From contig JBIPSI010000025.1 in assembly GCA_044070495.1 (NCBI GenBank), positions 17,563 through 81,562 of the forward strand: a stretch of DNA of 64,000 nt, written 5' to 3'. The stretch is from Spirulina sp. (GTDB lineage Bacteria > Cyanobacteriota > Cyanobacteriia > Phormidesmidales > Phormidesmidaceae). Both the position numbers and the translations under genes were made by a program. The number at the start of each line of letters is the position of its first letter. The stretch's first letter is position 1. This document shows, piece by piece, positions 1 through 10,811 of this stretch. Under the pieces are notes generated by a model. It ran no database searches. It saw nothing but the letters and a program-made list of their open reading frames with translations, and was not told where the DNA came from.

Positions 1-212
1 AAAACAAGTGACTTAAGTCACAGTCATAATCATTTCCTTGGGCTATATTCGGTGAATCTACGGATGAGTTGTGTTGATGATGCCTAGATGTACATCAAGA
101 TATGACCAACTCCCAAGTCTAGGGTGGTCAATGTTGAGGCAGGGCGCGTACCTTCGTAGATGTCAAAGCTACGTTTTACACTCATTAAAATCACGTAGGA
201 CACACCAGGAGT

Positions 213-551
213 ATGTCGGGTATGCAAACTATGACTAATGCTATGGCAATTGTGCAGGCCCAAGGATCCCTCAATGCCTCCAATGCCCAAGATTTTCACC
301 TCAGCTTGGTGGAGCGTCTCCAGTGCGATAAGTCGGATGGGCTGGTCGTTGATATGAGCCAGGTTGAGTCTCTGGATAGCGCTGGTCTGATTTCCTTGGT
401 GTCTGCCCTAAAGCAGGCTCGCCAGCGCAGCAAGCGCTTCTGTCTCTGTGCAGTGCCCCCCACCATTCGCATCATTTTTGAACTCACCCAGCTAGATCGG
501 GTCTTTGAAATGGTGGAGGACGTGTCCCACACCACGTTGTTAGCGGCCTAG
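213..551 (+). CDS. STAS-domain anti-sigma factor antagonist
   Basis: 112 aa; 'LVVDMSQVESLDSAGLISLV' is the STAS D-S-x-G phospho-Ser motif; ends 'IFELTQLDRVF'. Confidence 0.9.
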   Translation: MSGMQTMTNAMAIVQAQGSLNASNAQDFHLSLVERLQCDKSDGLVVDMSQVESLDSAGLISLVSALKQARQRSKRFCLCAVPPTIRIIFELTQLDRVFEMVEDVSHTTLLAA

Positions 552-609
552 TCAGGCTAACCATTCACGAGCGCCTAGACTCGCCTCTGGCAATTTATAG
601 CCCTTACAG

Positions 610-644
610 CCTTCACCGTGGCAGAGACCACCGTGGAGGTTTTT
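610..644 (+). terminator. Probable intrinsic terminator after the STAS gene
   Basis: Imperfect stem ccttcaccgtgg / ccaccgtggagg followed by ttttt. Confidence 0.5.
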
Positions 645-732
645 GCTTTTGGGAGATTAGCCACCAAAGGGCGGAACTCCCCCGCTATAGTAGGAAGGGC
701 CTGTTGTACTGTGATGATCTGGAGTCCCTACT

Positions 733-3411
733 GTGCCCGTTGCTGTTGATACCCTGCTAACCCCAGACATTAATAAGCCTGCTCGCTACCTGGGTAACGA
801 ACTAGGGGCCGTGCATAAACCCTGGGATCAGGCGGCGGTGCGTTGGGTGCTAACCTATCCCGAAATTTATGAAGTCGGTGCTTCCAACCTAGGGCACATC
901 ATTCTCTACAGCATTCTCAATACCCAGCCCCGGCAGCTCTGTGATCGCGCCTACCTACCTGCCGCCGACCTAGCTGCCAAGCTGAAGGAAACCCAAACGC
1001 CCCTGTTTGCGGTGGAATCCCAGCGGAATCTGACGGATTTTGACATTCTGGGCTTCAGCCTCAGCTACGAGCTGGGGGCCACGAATATTCTGGAAATGCT
1101 GACCCTGGCAGGGGTTCCCCTTACCTGGCAGGAGCGGGACAGCGCCGGGGCGTTCAGCACCGAGGGTGGATCTTGGCCACTGATTTTTGCTGGGGGACAA
1201 ACCGCCACCTCGAACCCCGAACCCTACGCTGATTTCTTCGATTTTGTCGCCCTGGGCGATGGCGAAGAACTGCTGCCGGAAATTGGTCTGGTGATCGAAG
1301 AGGGCAAGGCGGCGGGCCTCAGCCGAGAGGAATTGTTGTTGGACTTGGCCCAGGTGCCGGGGGTCTACGTGCCCCGGTTCTACGACATGGCGGCGGATGG
1401 ATCGGTGCATCCCAATCGACCTAATGTGCCAAAGCGCATTCTGCGGCGGGTGGCCACGCCGATTCCGGCCTATGCCATGGGTCTGGTGCCCTACGTGGAG
1501 ACCGTCCACGACCGCCTCACCGTGGAAATCCGCCGGGGTTGTACGCGGGGCTGTCGGTTTTGCCAGCCGGGGATGCTCACCCGTCCGGCGCGGGACGTGG
1601 AACCGGAGGCGGTGATCGACGCCATCGAAACCGGAATGCGAAAGACGGGCTACAACGAGTTTTCTCTGCTGTCCTTGAGTTGTTCGGATTACCTGGCCCT
1701 GCCTGCGGTGGGGGTGGAGGTAAAAAACCGCCTCAAGGACGAGAACATTTCCCTGTCGCTGCCCAGCCAGCGGGTGGATCGCTTTGACGAAAACATCGCT
1801 AACATCATCGGCGGTACGCGGTTGACCGGGTTGACCTTTGCCCCAGAGGCAGGCACCCAGCGGATGCGGGACATTATTAACAAGGGACTGACCAACGAGG
1901 AACTGCTCCAGGGCGTCAAAACCGCCCACGAACAGGGTTGGGACAAAGTGAAGCTCTACTTCATGATCGGCCTGCCGGGGGAAACCGACGCCGACGTAAT
2001 TGGCATTGCCGAAACCGTGCGCTGGCTGCGGCAAACCTGCTACATCAAGGGCCGCAAGCCGCTGTCCTTTAATATCACCATTTCCAACTTCACCCCCAAG
2101 CCCCACACGCCCTTTCAGTGGCACACGGTGTCCACCGAGGAGTTCAATCGTAAACAACGACTCCTGCGGGCCGAGTTCAACACCATGCGCTGGGCCAAGG
2201 TGAACTTCACCGATGTGCGAATTTCCGCCATGGAAGACTTTGTGGGCCGAGGGGATCGATCCCTCTCCGCCGTGGTGCGCCGCGCCTGGGAACTGGGGGC
2301 CGGGATGGATTCTTGGTGGGAAAGTCTGGATAACGCCTTCAATGCCTGGGCGCAGGCCATCGATGAAGCGGGCCTAACCTGGAAGTATCGCCAAATTGCC
2401 CAGGGCGAATGGAACGTGATGACCACGGATGGGGACAATCCCCACGCCAATTTAGACGCTGCTCTGCCCTGGGATCATTTGGATACCGGGATTGATAAGG
2501 AATGGCTGAAGCAGGATTTGATTCGCGCCCTGGAAGCCGCCACCGTGCCCGATTGCTCCTTTGAGGGCTGCTCCCACTGCGGGGTCTGTGGGCCAGACTT
2601 TGGCCACAACGTCGTGGTGCCACCGCTGCCGATTCCCGCCTTCGTGGGTCACGGCAAACCGGATTCAGAACGGGTGCAGCGGTTGCGGATCACCCTAGGC
2701 AAGCTGGGCACCATGGCGCTAATTGGCCATTTGGACTTGGTGCGCCTGTTTGACCGGGCTTTGCGGCGGGCCAGTCTACCGATTTCCTTCACGGGCGGAT
2801 TCCATCCCGGCCCCAGACTTTCCCCCGCCAACGCCCTGCCCCTGGGGGCCACCAGCAGCGGTGAGGTGGTGGATTTTGAGCTAAAAGCTCCCATGGATCC
2901 CGCAGAATTTCTACAACGGTTAACCCAGGAACTACCGCCAGAAATTCCCCTGTACAGCGTGGAAGAAGTGCCCATCGACAGCCCTGCGGCTACAAAATTG
3001 CTAGAACGGGCGGAATATTACCTGCGGGTCGGCCTCGAAAATCCCACTCCGGCGACACCCGCTTGGGAGGCTTGGGTTAACCAGGTGCTCAACCAGTCCG
3101 AAATCCTCTGGGAGAAAACCACCAAATCCGGCAAGGTGCAGATGGTCAACCTGAGGGAGCAGCTCTACGAACTCGATTACATGGCCCTGAACCAAGTTAC
3201 CGATGACGGATCCCTAGCCCCAATGCCAGAATGGAAGGTGACGGAACTGAAACTGGAACCTGGCGAAGCCCTGATTCGCGTGGTGGGTAGCTGCCGCAAC
3301 GACGGGAACCTTCTGCGTCCCGAACAGGTCGTTTGGATGGTAGAACAGGCTGCTGGGCAATCCTTACAGCTTCGCCATAAGCACCGTTCCCGTCTGTACC
3401 TCGCTGATTGA
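733..3411 (+). CDS. TIGR03960-family B12-binding radical SAM protein fused to a C-terminal TIGR03936/DUF2344 radical-SAM-linked domain
   Basis: N-terminal 'KPARYLGNELG', 'YPEIYEVGASNLG'; CxxxCxxC 'GCTRGCRFC'; extra 'CSFEGCSHCGVC'; C-terminal 'HLDLVRLFDRALRRASLPISFTGGFHPGPRLS' of DUF2344. Confidence 0.88.
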   Translation: MPVAVDTLLTPDINKPARYLGNELGAVHKPWDQAAVRWVLTYPEIYEVGASNLGHIILYSILNTQPRQLCDRAYLPAADLAAKLKETQTPLFAVESQRNLTDFDILGFSLSYELGATNILEMLTLAGVPLTWQERDSAGAFSTEGGSWPLIFAGGQTATSNPEPYADFFDFVALGDGEELLPEIGLVIEEGKAAGLSREELLLDLAQVPGVYVPRFYDMAADGSVHPNRPNVPKRILRRVATPIPAYAMGLVPYVETVHDRLTVEIRRGCTRGCRFCQPGMLTRPARDVEPEAVIDAIETGMRKTGYNEFSLLSLSCSDYLALPAVGVEVKNRLKDENISLSLPSQRVDRFDENIANIIGGTRLTGLTFAPEAGTQRMRDIINKGLTNEELLQGVKTAHEQGWDKVKLYFMIGLPGETDADVIGIAETVRWLRQTCYIKGRKPLSFNITISNFTPKPHTPFQWHTVSTEEFNRKQRLLRAEFNTMRWAKVNFTDVRISAMEDFVGRGDRSLSAVVRRAWELGAGMDSWWESLDNAFNAWAQAIDEAGLTWKYRQIAQGEWNVMTTDGDNPHANLDAALPWDHLDTGIDKEWLKQDLIRALEAATVPDCSFEGCSHCGVCGPDFGHNVVVPPLPIPAFVGHGKPDSERVQRLRITLGKLGTMALIGHLDLVRLFDRALRRASLPISFTGGFHPGPRLSPANALPLGATSSGEVVDFELKAPMDPAEFLQRLTQELPPEIPLYSVEEVPIDSPAATKLLERAEYYLRVGLENPTPATPAWEAWVNQVLNQSEILWEKTTKSGKVQMVNLREQLYELDYMALNQVTDDGSLAPMPEWKVTELKLEPGEALIRVVGSCRNDGNLLRPEQVVWMVEQAAGQSLQLRHKHRSRLYLAD

Positions 3412-4253
3412 TCACCGCCCTAGGGCAAGAGGCCTCCATGATTCCTGCTAGTCCAGTTGGTTCAGTGTCATCCCGATCTGGGGTACAGGAACGATGGCGG
3501 TGGGCCACGGTAGGGATGGCTGTCGCCGGGGTCAGCAGTTTGGGGTTAACCTTGACCCCTGGCTCAGTGCTGGCCAACGAGCTATGTCAGGGAGATCTCA
3601 GAAATAGCACAGCGGTATCGGGAGCCATCCCCAACCTGTCTGCCAGCTTTGCTGAGGATGTCTGCCAAATTTTGACCATGCCCACCGCCAGTCGCTCCGA
3701 GGGTGAGGCTTTTCTCGGCCAAGTTCAACCTGGCTCATTGCTCACTCACACCTCCGCCTCCGCCGAAACCATGACCCTGCCGAGCATGTGGTGGGCACGG
3801 GATTCGATTCCGCCGCAGTTGGGCCGCCATCGTTTGATTGATTCCTGGCTGTCCTACACCATTCAGGGGGCAGAGGTGCGGGTGGTAGATGTGGTGATTA
3901 ACGGCCAGTTTTGGCGAGCGTTGACCATGCCTCAGCGCTACGGCGTTCTGGCCCAGTTTGGCAACTCGGCTCAGGAGTTTGGCTATCACCTGCGGTTTTT
4001 CCAAAGTAATGGCTATTCCGCCCGGATGATTGGGGTCTATGCCTGCGAAACCTCTGCCAGCGACACGCTGCCGACGAATGCTGCGGCCCATTGCCTAGTT
4101 ACAGTAGACACCCCTCGTATTCTTCAACTTCAGCAGGCGATGCAGCCCCCGCCGTCGGTGCAAACCGCCACTGAACCTGGATCGACCAACTCCACCCCGT
4201 CTCTAGCCGATAACCCCAGATCGCTTCCCGATCTAGCTGACCTGCCGGAATAG
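3408..4253 (+). CDS. Hypothetical protein with N-terminal hydrophobic segment (start may be ATG 3438)
   Basis: 281-aa ORF overlapping the previous stop; hydrophobic stretch 'WATVGMAVAGVSSLGLTL'; core 'PSMWWARD...LIDSW...VDVVINGQFW...QRY' looks like a conserved cyanobacterial protein. Confidence 0.7.
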   Translation: MITALGQEASMIPASPVGSVSSRSGVQERWRWATVGMAVAGVSSLGLTLTPGSVLANELCQGDLRNSTAVSGAIPNLSASFAEDVCQILTMPTASRSEGEAFLGQVQPGSLLTHTSASAETMTLPSMWWARDSIPPQLGRHRLIDSWLSYTIQGAEVRVVDVVINGQFWRALTMPQRYGVLAQFGNSAQEFGYHLRFFQSNGYSARMIGVYACETSASDTLPTNAAAHCLVTVDTPRILQLQQAMQPPPSVQTATEPGSTNSTPSLADNPRSLPDLADLPE

Positions 4254-4343
4254 GGCCGCTGTTCTAATCCACCGCCTAGCCTGAAGATTTTGAGGCCCAC
4301 AGTTAGACCCATCGTAGCCCAGGGATCTAAGATGTCCGGCTAG

Positions 4344-5888
4344 CTACTCCGATAGGTTAGATCCCGTATCCACGTAGATAGATTCTAGGCGCTGGAGCAC
4401 CTTAGCCTTCAGATGTGTCTTCAGCTCATTGCGGAGCAGATCGCGGCTGGTCACCATCGCCCCTAGATCCGGGCGGCTACGGGCGGTGACCACCCATTCT
4501 TTCAATAGTTGGCACTGGGGATCGGCGATGGTGCAAGACAGCACATGGGCACAGCGGCGGGGATTTTCTAGGGCAAACAGCAGCAATTTGTAGGATCCAG
4601 TGGTGCCCAGCAGCCCCGCAATTTCCTGGCCTAGCTGGGTTTTGAGATCGATATAGCAGGGCAGCCAGCGCGCCCCGTGGGTGCTGCTATACAACACCGT
4701 CAGCCACAGCATGACGGGATGGGGCGACATGGTGCAAATAAATGTGTTGTAGCGGGTGCTAATTAGGCGACGGTTGATTTCCTCCTCCGGCATCATGGCC
4801 CACAGGGTGGCGAGATTGCCTCGGCTGGTGGGTACCGCGTGGGGAAAGACAATTTCGGCAATGGGCTTGCTGGGGGGCCAAACCATCAGCCGACAGACTT
4901 GATCATCGTCAACGACAGCCTTGTTGAGCGTCGCCTGTTTGGCGACGGGCACCCGGTTTAGGGTGGTGCTAATCCGCTGACTAATGCGAAAGCCATTGAC
5001 ATAGCGGCTTTCTAGGGGTTCTAGGGTGGTGAGGACATCCTGGATGGTCTGGGGCCGATCCTCCGGGCGCTTCGCCATACAGCGCAGAATCAGATCCTCT
5101 AGCAGCCTCGGTACCTTAAGTTGGCTAGCGACATCCTCAATGCGCTTGGGGGATTCGCTCTGGTGTACCTTATACCAACCGCCGAAGGTGTGGCTGCTGG
5201 ATCGCAGCGGCAGATGCCCGGTCAGCATTTGAAACATCATGATGCCGAGACTGTAAATGTCGGATCGGCCATCCAGTTCTCGCCCGTCCATCTGTTCGGG
5301 GGAGGCATAGGCAAGGGTGCCCATGAAGCAATTAGTTTGGTCGCTGCCCGCCTGCATCAGCTTGGCGATACCAAAGTCCAAAATTTTGGCCAGTTCCCCC
5401 AGGGTCGGATCCTGGACGATCATAATGTTGCTGGGCTTAATATCTCGGTGAATGATGGGAACCGGTTCCGCCTGGGTTTTGAGGGTAATGCCATCGTGGG
5501 CAGCCTGAAGCCCCAGGCAAATTTGCCGAATTAGCCCTAAAAATCGAGGAATGGGTAGGGGTTGCAGGTTAATCATCTGGCTCAGACTTTGACCCTGGAG
5601 GTATTCCATCACGTAGAAGGGAACCCCCTCTTCGTTCACCCCATAGTCGGTGACGCGCACCACATGGATACTTTTTTGGCCCAGTTGGGCGCAGGTCATC
5701 GCCTCCTGCATGAAGCGATCCCGCATCTTGTCGTTCATCATCGTCTGGGACAAAAACTTGACCGCCACCTTGACGCTGCCCAGCAAGACATCCTCCGCCA
5801 AGTAGACCCGTCCCATGGATCCTTGGCCTAGGGGTTGAAGAAGTTCGTAGCGATTGGCAAGCTTGGTGCCTAGGTTTGAGTCAGCCAT
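4344..5888 (-). CDS. spkA: Hanks-type Ser/Thr protein kinase, SpkA-like
   Basis: GQGSMG P-loop, VAVK, HRDIKPSN, DFG, GTLAYASPEQ; N-terminus 'LANRYELL...EDVLLGSVKVAVKFLSQ' resembles Synechocystis SpkA as I recall it. Confidence 0.85.
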   Translation of the reverse strand: MADSNLGTKLANRYELLQPLGQGSMGRVYLAEDVLLGSVKVAVKFLSQTMMNDKMRDRFMQEAMTCAQLGQKSIHVVRVTDYGVNEEGVPFYVMEYLQGQSLSQMINLQPLPIPRFLGLIRQICLGLQAAHDGITLKTQAEPVPIIHRDIKPSNIMIVQDPTLGELAKILDFGIAKLMQAGSDQTNCFMGTLAYASPEQMDGRELDGRSDIYSLGIMMFQMLTGHLPLRSSSHTFGGWYKVHQSESPKRIEDVASQLKVPRLLEDLILRCMAKRPEDRPQTIQDVLTTLEPLESRYVNGFRISQRISTTLNRVPVAKQATLNKAVVDDDQVCRLMVWPPSKPIAEIVFPHAVPTSRGNLATLWAMMPEEEINRRLISTRYNTFICTMSPHPVMLWLTVLYSSTHGARWLPCYIDLKTQLGQEIAGLLGTTGSYKLLLFALENPRRCAHVLSCTIADPQCQLLKEWVVTARSRPDLGAMVTSRDLLRNELKTHLKAKVLQRLESIYVDTGSNLSE

Positions 5889-6144
5889 AGCGATTGATAA
5901 CCAGCCATTGTGCGCGTTGCCCAGGGGACGACCTAACCGGATCTGGGGGTGGGGAACAAAGTAACGACGACCAACGATGAACCTTTTGCCCTAGGGGCCA
6001 CAATTCCCTTCCCATTAGGGCCATATCCCTAGGTCACCGAACCCGATCCGGATAGGGCCGGAACCAGGGCAGAATCTTTACCAAGGTTCGATGGACGCTA
6101 GGGTGATCTTAATATGCCCACTTTAGTCAGAAATCACTCGACCG

Positions 6145-6663
6145 CTATCCCCCCAGGGGAGGTGCCGCCTGAAGTTGCAGGGTCGCCTCCATGGCGCTGG
6201 TGAGGTAGTGACCCGTCATGATGCCACTGGACATGTGATAACGGCCATCATCGAGGCGGTGCAGGGTTTCAAATCCGGTGCGACGCTGGCGATCCCCTAA
6301 GGCCCAATATCTCTGAATAATAGAGTCTGGGGCCACCCAGCCCTCACCCTCCACCCGGCCCAACTGGCTATGCTGGAGCACAAACGTATATTGGCAGTCG
6401 CCGCTGGCGAGTCGTCCGCGATATTGCAGGGCCATTTCGGCGGGGGTGGCTTCCGGGATGACCAGTTTCATCACCATGGTAAACCAGTCATCCCGGCTCC
6501 AGGCAATCAGAATTTTGCCCTTCACCGGAGTGGGGAGGCGATCCCGCTCTAACCAGCTTCCTTGTAATGTCCAGCGTCCTGGTTCAACCAAAAAACTGTG
6601 AACCACTGGTTGCTCCTCAAACCATGAACCTAAGGGCCGCTGATCAGGGCTGATAGCCAGCAT
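6145..6663 (-). CDS. Conserved cyanobacterial hypothetical protein (beta-rich; start probably GTG ~6606)
   Basis: Long ORF, 'HSFLVEPGRWTLQGSW...LGRVEGEGW..PDSIIQRYW..GFETL'. Confidence 0.7.
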   Translation of the reverse strand: MLAISPDQRPLGSWFEEQPVVHSFLVEPGRWTLQGSWLERDRLPTPVKGKILIAWSRDDWFTMVMKLVIPEATPAEMALQYRGRLASGDCQYTFVLQHSQLGRVEGEGWVAPDSIIQRYWALGDRQRRTGFETLHRLDDGRYHMSSGIMTGHYLTSAMEATLQLQAAPPLGG

Positions 6664-6763
6664 CCCTAGACCAGTAAGCCACTCTCACTCCAGCATACGC
6701 CCTATTCCTAAGAGTGGGATCTCCGGGGGGCTGATTGATGCGAACCGTAAAACCTCCACCGCT

Positions 6764-7906
6764 CTAGGGATAGTGGATGTCGCCTAGGAGCGTGGCTGAG
6801 GTGGCTCCAGTTACCGTCGGCAGGTTGCCCGGAAACCGCTGCCAGCGCCAATAGCCCAGCACCGCAAAGGCCATGGCTTCTTTATCATTGGCGGGCACTC
6901 CGGCCTCGTCGGTGGGAGCGACGGGAATATCGGGGAAGTGATCCTGGAGGTAAGCCATGAGGGTTGGGTTACGACTGCCGCCGCCGCCCACCAGGATGGC
7001 ATCGGGCAGGGCGGGTAAAAAGGTGCGGTAGGACTGGGCTATGGTGGCCGCCGTAAAGGCGGTCAGGGTTGCCACGAAGTCCATGGTTCCCAACCCACGC
7101 CCCTGGGCCTGCCGCTGGCACTGCTGGAAATAATCCCAGCCAAACAGTTCCCGCCCCGTGGATTTAGGCGGCGGCTGGTGCAGATAGGGGTGTTGCAGCC
7201 AGTCGTGAATCAGATCGAGGCAAGGGATGCCCTGGGCGGCCCAGGCTCCATCCACATCATAGGTAAGGCTGCCCTCGGAGAGGGTGGCCATGGCGATGTC
7301 AATGAGGGAGTTTCCTGGTCCTGTATCCCAGCCCAAAATGGCCGGGGGCTGCGGCGATGGGTGACGATCCCAAGTAGGCAAGTAGGTGACGTTGCCAATG
7401 CCGCCGATATTTTGCACACAGCGGCGCATCTGGGGATGACTCAGCAAACAAAGATCGACAATCGGCACCAGGGGCGCACCCTCTCCCCCGGCCTCAATGT
7501 CGGCCTGTCGGAAATTACTGACCGTCGGTATCCCCAGATGCCGGGCTAGGCTAGCCCCCCGCCCCAACTGCACGCTATAGGCCAGTTGCCGCCCCTGCAC
7601 CGGACGATGAAACACCGTTTGACCGTGGGAGGCCACCAAATCCACCGCCCCGGATTGATCGATGGCCTGCTGGGCCACCTGGGCAAACTGCTGGGCAATG
7701 GCCTCATCCAGATCCGCTAAGTCCGCTAGGGATAGAGGGTTTCCAGCGCAGGCGGCCAAAATTCGCTGGCGCAGGTCATCGGGGTAGGATTCGGTAAACC
7801 CCGCCACTAGGCAAGCCTCCAGGCCGTAGCCCTCGCCCTCAAGATCGACGACCGCCACATCAATGCCATCGGCAGAGGTGCCGCTTATTAACCCAATCAC
7901 CCGCAT
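6764..7906 (-). CDS. anmK: Anhydro-N-acetylmuramic acid kinase
   Basis: 'IGLISGTSADGID', 'SHGQTVFH', 'GGEGAPLVP', 'NIGGIGN', 'DTGPGN', 'PPKSTGRELF', 'KEAMAFA'. Confidence 0.95.
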   Translation of the reverse strand: MRVIGLISGTSADGIDVAVVDLEGEGYGLEACLVAGFTESYPDDLRQRILAACAGNPLSLADLADLDEAIAQQFAQVAQQAIDQSGAVDLVASHGQTVFHRPVQGRQLAYSVQLGRGASLARHLGIPTVSNFRQADIEAGGEGAPLVPIVDLCLLSHPQMRRCVQNIGGIGNVTYLPTWDRHPSPQPPAILGWDTGPGNSLIDIAMATLSEGSLTYDVDGAWAAQGIPCLDLIHDWLQHPYLHQPPPKSTGRELFGWDYFQQCQRQAQGRGLGTMDFVATLTAFTAATIAQSYRTFLPALPDAILVGGGGSRNPTLMAYLQDHFPDIPVAPTDEAGVPANDKEAMAFAVLGYWRWQRFPGNLPTVTGATSATLLGDIHYP

Positions 7907-8061
7907 AACAGCGCCTCGTTTCTTGGTTTTGCTAGATTTCTAGGGTTGCAGATGTCTAGACTCGGTAGAGTTCTAGGCTCGGCCAATGGTCATCGGAACA
8001 GGGGGGCTTAGCTATGCTGGCAAACGACGTCCTCCTGTTGAGGGCGACCTGGGCTAGCGGG

Positions 8062-8766
8062 CTAAACAGGCAAGTGCTCTAGCCCCTTGTTGCTGCCAAT
8101 CACCACCATCAGCCCCCCCGCCTTCAGTCGAGTAACGGGGCTGGGGTTAATTTCAAACTTATCGGGCTGCTGGTCTTGGCTAACGGCCAGCACGGTTAGC
8201 TCGTAGCGGTTGCGCAGATCCAGATCAATAATCGTCTTCTGATCAAAGGCCTTGGGCACGATGATCTCAGCAATACTGTGGTCAGGATCAATTTCAAACC
8301 GATCTAAAATTCCTGGCGTGGTGAGGGAACGGGCCAGTTCACAGCCCATTTCATGCTCTGGGAAGACCACATGATCTGCCCCCACGCGGTCTAGCAGCTT
8401 GCCGTGGATCTCTGAAGACGCCTTAGCGACTACGTTTTTCACCCCCGCCTCCTTGAGATTTAGGGTGGTGATGATGCTTTCTTCCACATAGTTGCCAATC
8501 GCCACAATCACCGTGTCAAACTCGGTGATACCCGACTCCTTGAGGGCCGTGGGCTGGGTCGTATCGAGCTGTACCGCGTGGGCCGCGATCTGATCGGTGA
8601 GGGCTTGGCTGACGCGGCGCTCGTCTTCATCGGCGGCCAAGACCTCGTAGCCGAGACTGTTTAGGGTGGTGCAAACGGCCCGCCCAAAGCGTCCTAGCCC
8701 AATCACCGCAAACTGGCGGGTCGAGGAACGCATCTTGCGCAAAAAAGTCAACGATGTCAGATTCAC
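8062..8766 (-). CDS. ktrA: TrkA/KtrA-family K+ uptake regulatory subunit (RCK domains)
   Basis: 'FAVIGLGRFG' Rossmann motif; 'VGADHVVFPEHEMG'; TrkA-C domain. Confidence 0.9.
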   Translation of the reverse strand: MNLTSLTFLRKMRSSTRQFAVIGLGRFGRAVCTTLNSLGYEVLAADEDERRVSQALTDQIAAHAVQLDTTQPTALKESGITEFDTVIVAIGNYVEESIITTLNLKEAGVKNVVAKASSEIHGKLLDRVGADHVVFPEHEMGCELARSLTTPGILDRFEIDPDHSIAEIIVPKAFDQKTIIDLDLRNRYELTVLAVSQDQQPDKFEINPSPVTRLKAGGLMVVIGSNKGLEHLPV

Positions 8767-8928
8767 AGACCGACTTCCAAACGGAGGACAATTGTTTAGG
8801 CGGGACGCTGACCCCTTTCATCCTACCTATTACTGCCCTCCAGGCATAGCATCGCCCCAACAGAATTTCTTTAGCGGCGGGAAGTCTTTTTTGCTACGCT
8901 AGCTTAATGACTTTTAAAGGATAGGACT

Positions 8929-10086
8929 ATGCAACTTGGTCGCGGCAAAACCGCCCGCAGGGCCTACGGCATTGACGAAATCGCCCTCGTGCCCGGCCTG
9001 AGAACACTGGATCCCTCTCTAGCGGACACGCGCTGGCAGATTGGCGGCCTTGATCGGGAGATTCCCATTATTGCCAGCGCCATGGATGGGGTGGTGGATG
9101 TCACCATGGCCATTCGCCTGTCGCAGTTGGGTGCCCTAGGCGTGCTCAACCTAGAGGGCATTCAAACCCGCTATGCCGACCCCAATCCCATCCTCGATAA
9201 AATTGCCTCGGTAGGTAAGGACGAGTTTGTGGGATTAATGCAAAGCCTCTACGCCGAGCCGATTAAACCCGAACTCATTACCCAGCGGATTCAGGAAATC
9301 AAGTCTGGGGGCGGGATTGCAGCGGTTAGCGTCACCCCCGCTGGGGCGGCCCGCTTTGGCCAAACCATTGCCGAAGCCGGAGCAGATCTGGTCTTTGTTC
9401 AGGCCACCGTGGTCTCCACCGCTCACCTCTCACCGGAAAATATTGAACCGCTAGATTTAGCAGCGTTCTGTGCGGCCATGCCCATGCCAGTTATCCTGGG
9501 CAACTGCGTCACCTATGACGTTGCCCTCAACCTGATGAAGGCCGGGGCCGCTGGGGTGTTGGTGGGCATTGGCCCCGGTGCCGCCTGCACCTCCCGTGGC
9601 GTGTTGGGCGTCGGGGTACCCCAAGCCACCGCCGTCTCCGACTGCGCCGCCGCCCGCGACGACTACTTCCACGAAACCGGACGCTACATCACCATCATTG
9701 CCGATGGTGGTCTCGTCACCGGGGGCGACATCTGTAAGTGCATTGCCTGCGGTGCCGATGGCGTCATGATTGGCTCTCCCTTTGCCCGCGCTGCCGAAGC
9801 CCCAGGCCGAGGCTACCACTGGGGCATGGCTACCCCCAGCCCCGTACTGCCCCGGGGCACCCGCATTCGGGTTGGCACCACTGGCACCCTAGAGCAAATT
9901 CTACGTGGCCCCGCCCAATTAGATGACGGCACCCACAACTTTCTAGGAGCTCTGCAAACCAGCATGAGCACCCTAGGGGCCAAGGATCTCAAGGAAATGC
10001 AGCAGGTCGAGGTGGTGATTGCCCCCTCTCTGCTCACGGAGGGCAAGGTCTACCAAAAAGCTCAGCAGCTTGGCATGGGCAAATAA
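8929..10086 (+). CDS. guaB3: GuaB3-family IMP dehydrogenase-related protein
   Basis: 'GRGKTARRAYGIDEIALVP', 'SAMDGV', catalytic loop 'GIGPGAACTSR', 'IADGG', 'WGMA'. Confidence 0.92.
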   Translation: MQLGRGKTARRAYGIDEIALVPGLRTLDPSLADTRWQIGGLDREIPIIASAMDGVVDVTMAIRLSQLGALGVLNLEGIQTRYADPNPILDKIASVGKDEFVGLMQSLYAEPIKPELITQRIQEIKSGGGIAAVSVTPAGAARFGQTIAEAGADLVFVQATVVSTAHLSPENIEPLDLAAFCAAMPMPVILGNCVTYDVALNLMKAGAAGVLVGIGPGAACTSRGVLGVGVPQATAVSDCAAARDDYFHETGRYITIIADGGLVTGGDICKCIACGADGVMIGSPFARAAEAPGRGYHWGMATPSPVLPRGTRIRVGTTGTLEQILRGPAQLDDGTHNFLGALQTSMSTLGAKDLKEMQQVEVVIAPSLLTEGKVYQKAQQLGMGK

Positions 10087-10475
10087 AGGCCCTCCTACCC
10101 CTATTTCTAGGGCCGCAATAGGTAAGGTGACGGATCTTAAACTGTCCACCGGTTGAGGGTGGTAATTTCTGGGTTGTCCGCTGTACAATGAAGAAAAGCG
10201 GAGACGAAAGTTTCCGTTCACTCCTCACACCACACTCCGCCTGGGCCTTTGGGTTCAGGCGGTTCCTTTTGGGCACAGGTTGGACAAGACAAGTTTTAGG
10301 GGTTACCCGTATGGACTGGGCTGGTGGCTAACTGGGGACTGGGGAGCCTTGCAGGTCGGCTGGTCTTCGGCTGGGGCGATAAAATTGTGTCCTATTGTAT
10401 GGCCAGCGGTTAAAGGGGGCAGTTTTTGGCTATGGTAGGATGGCGTGTGTTTAAGAAAGGCAAGGAAGACTAGGC

Positions 10476-10811
10476 ATGGCAGCAGCCTCTGAAGTCACAG
10501 ACTCTACATTTAAGCAAGAAGTCCTCGAAAGCAGCGTTCCCGTTCTGGTAGATTTTTGGGCTCCGTGGTGCGGCCCCTGTCGGATGGTGGCCCCTGTGGT
10601 GGAGGAAATTGCCGCTCAATACGTCGGCACAGTGAAGGTAGTCAAGGTGAATACCGATGACAACCCTCAAGTAGCCAGCGCTTACGGTATTCGCAGCATC
10701 CCTACCCTGATGATTTTCAAAAACGGGGAGCGGGTTGATATGGTGGTTGGGGCCGTCCCCAAGACGACCGTGGTCAACACCCTAGAAAAGTACCTAGAGA
10801 AAAGTACCTAG
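10476..10811 (+). CDS. trxA: Thioredoxin (m-type)
   Basis: '[18 protein letters not shown]', 'YGIRSIPTL'. Confidence 0.96.
   Translation: MAAASEVTDSTFKQEVLESSVPVLVDFWAPWCGPCRMVAPVVEEIAAQYVGTVKVVKVNTDDNPQVASAYGIRSIPTLMIFKNGERVDMVVGAVPKTTVVNTLEKYLEKST

Noticed and set aside
970..2157. Long antisense or alternate-frame ORFs (also 51206-52267, 57309-57950, 61382-62161, 46159-46707, 49955-50638)
   Set aside because: They overlap well-supported genes, have no recognisable motifs and are expected shadows in GC-rich coding DNA
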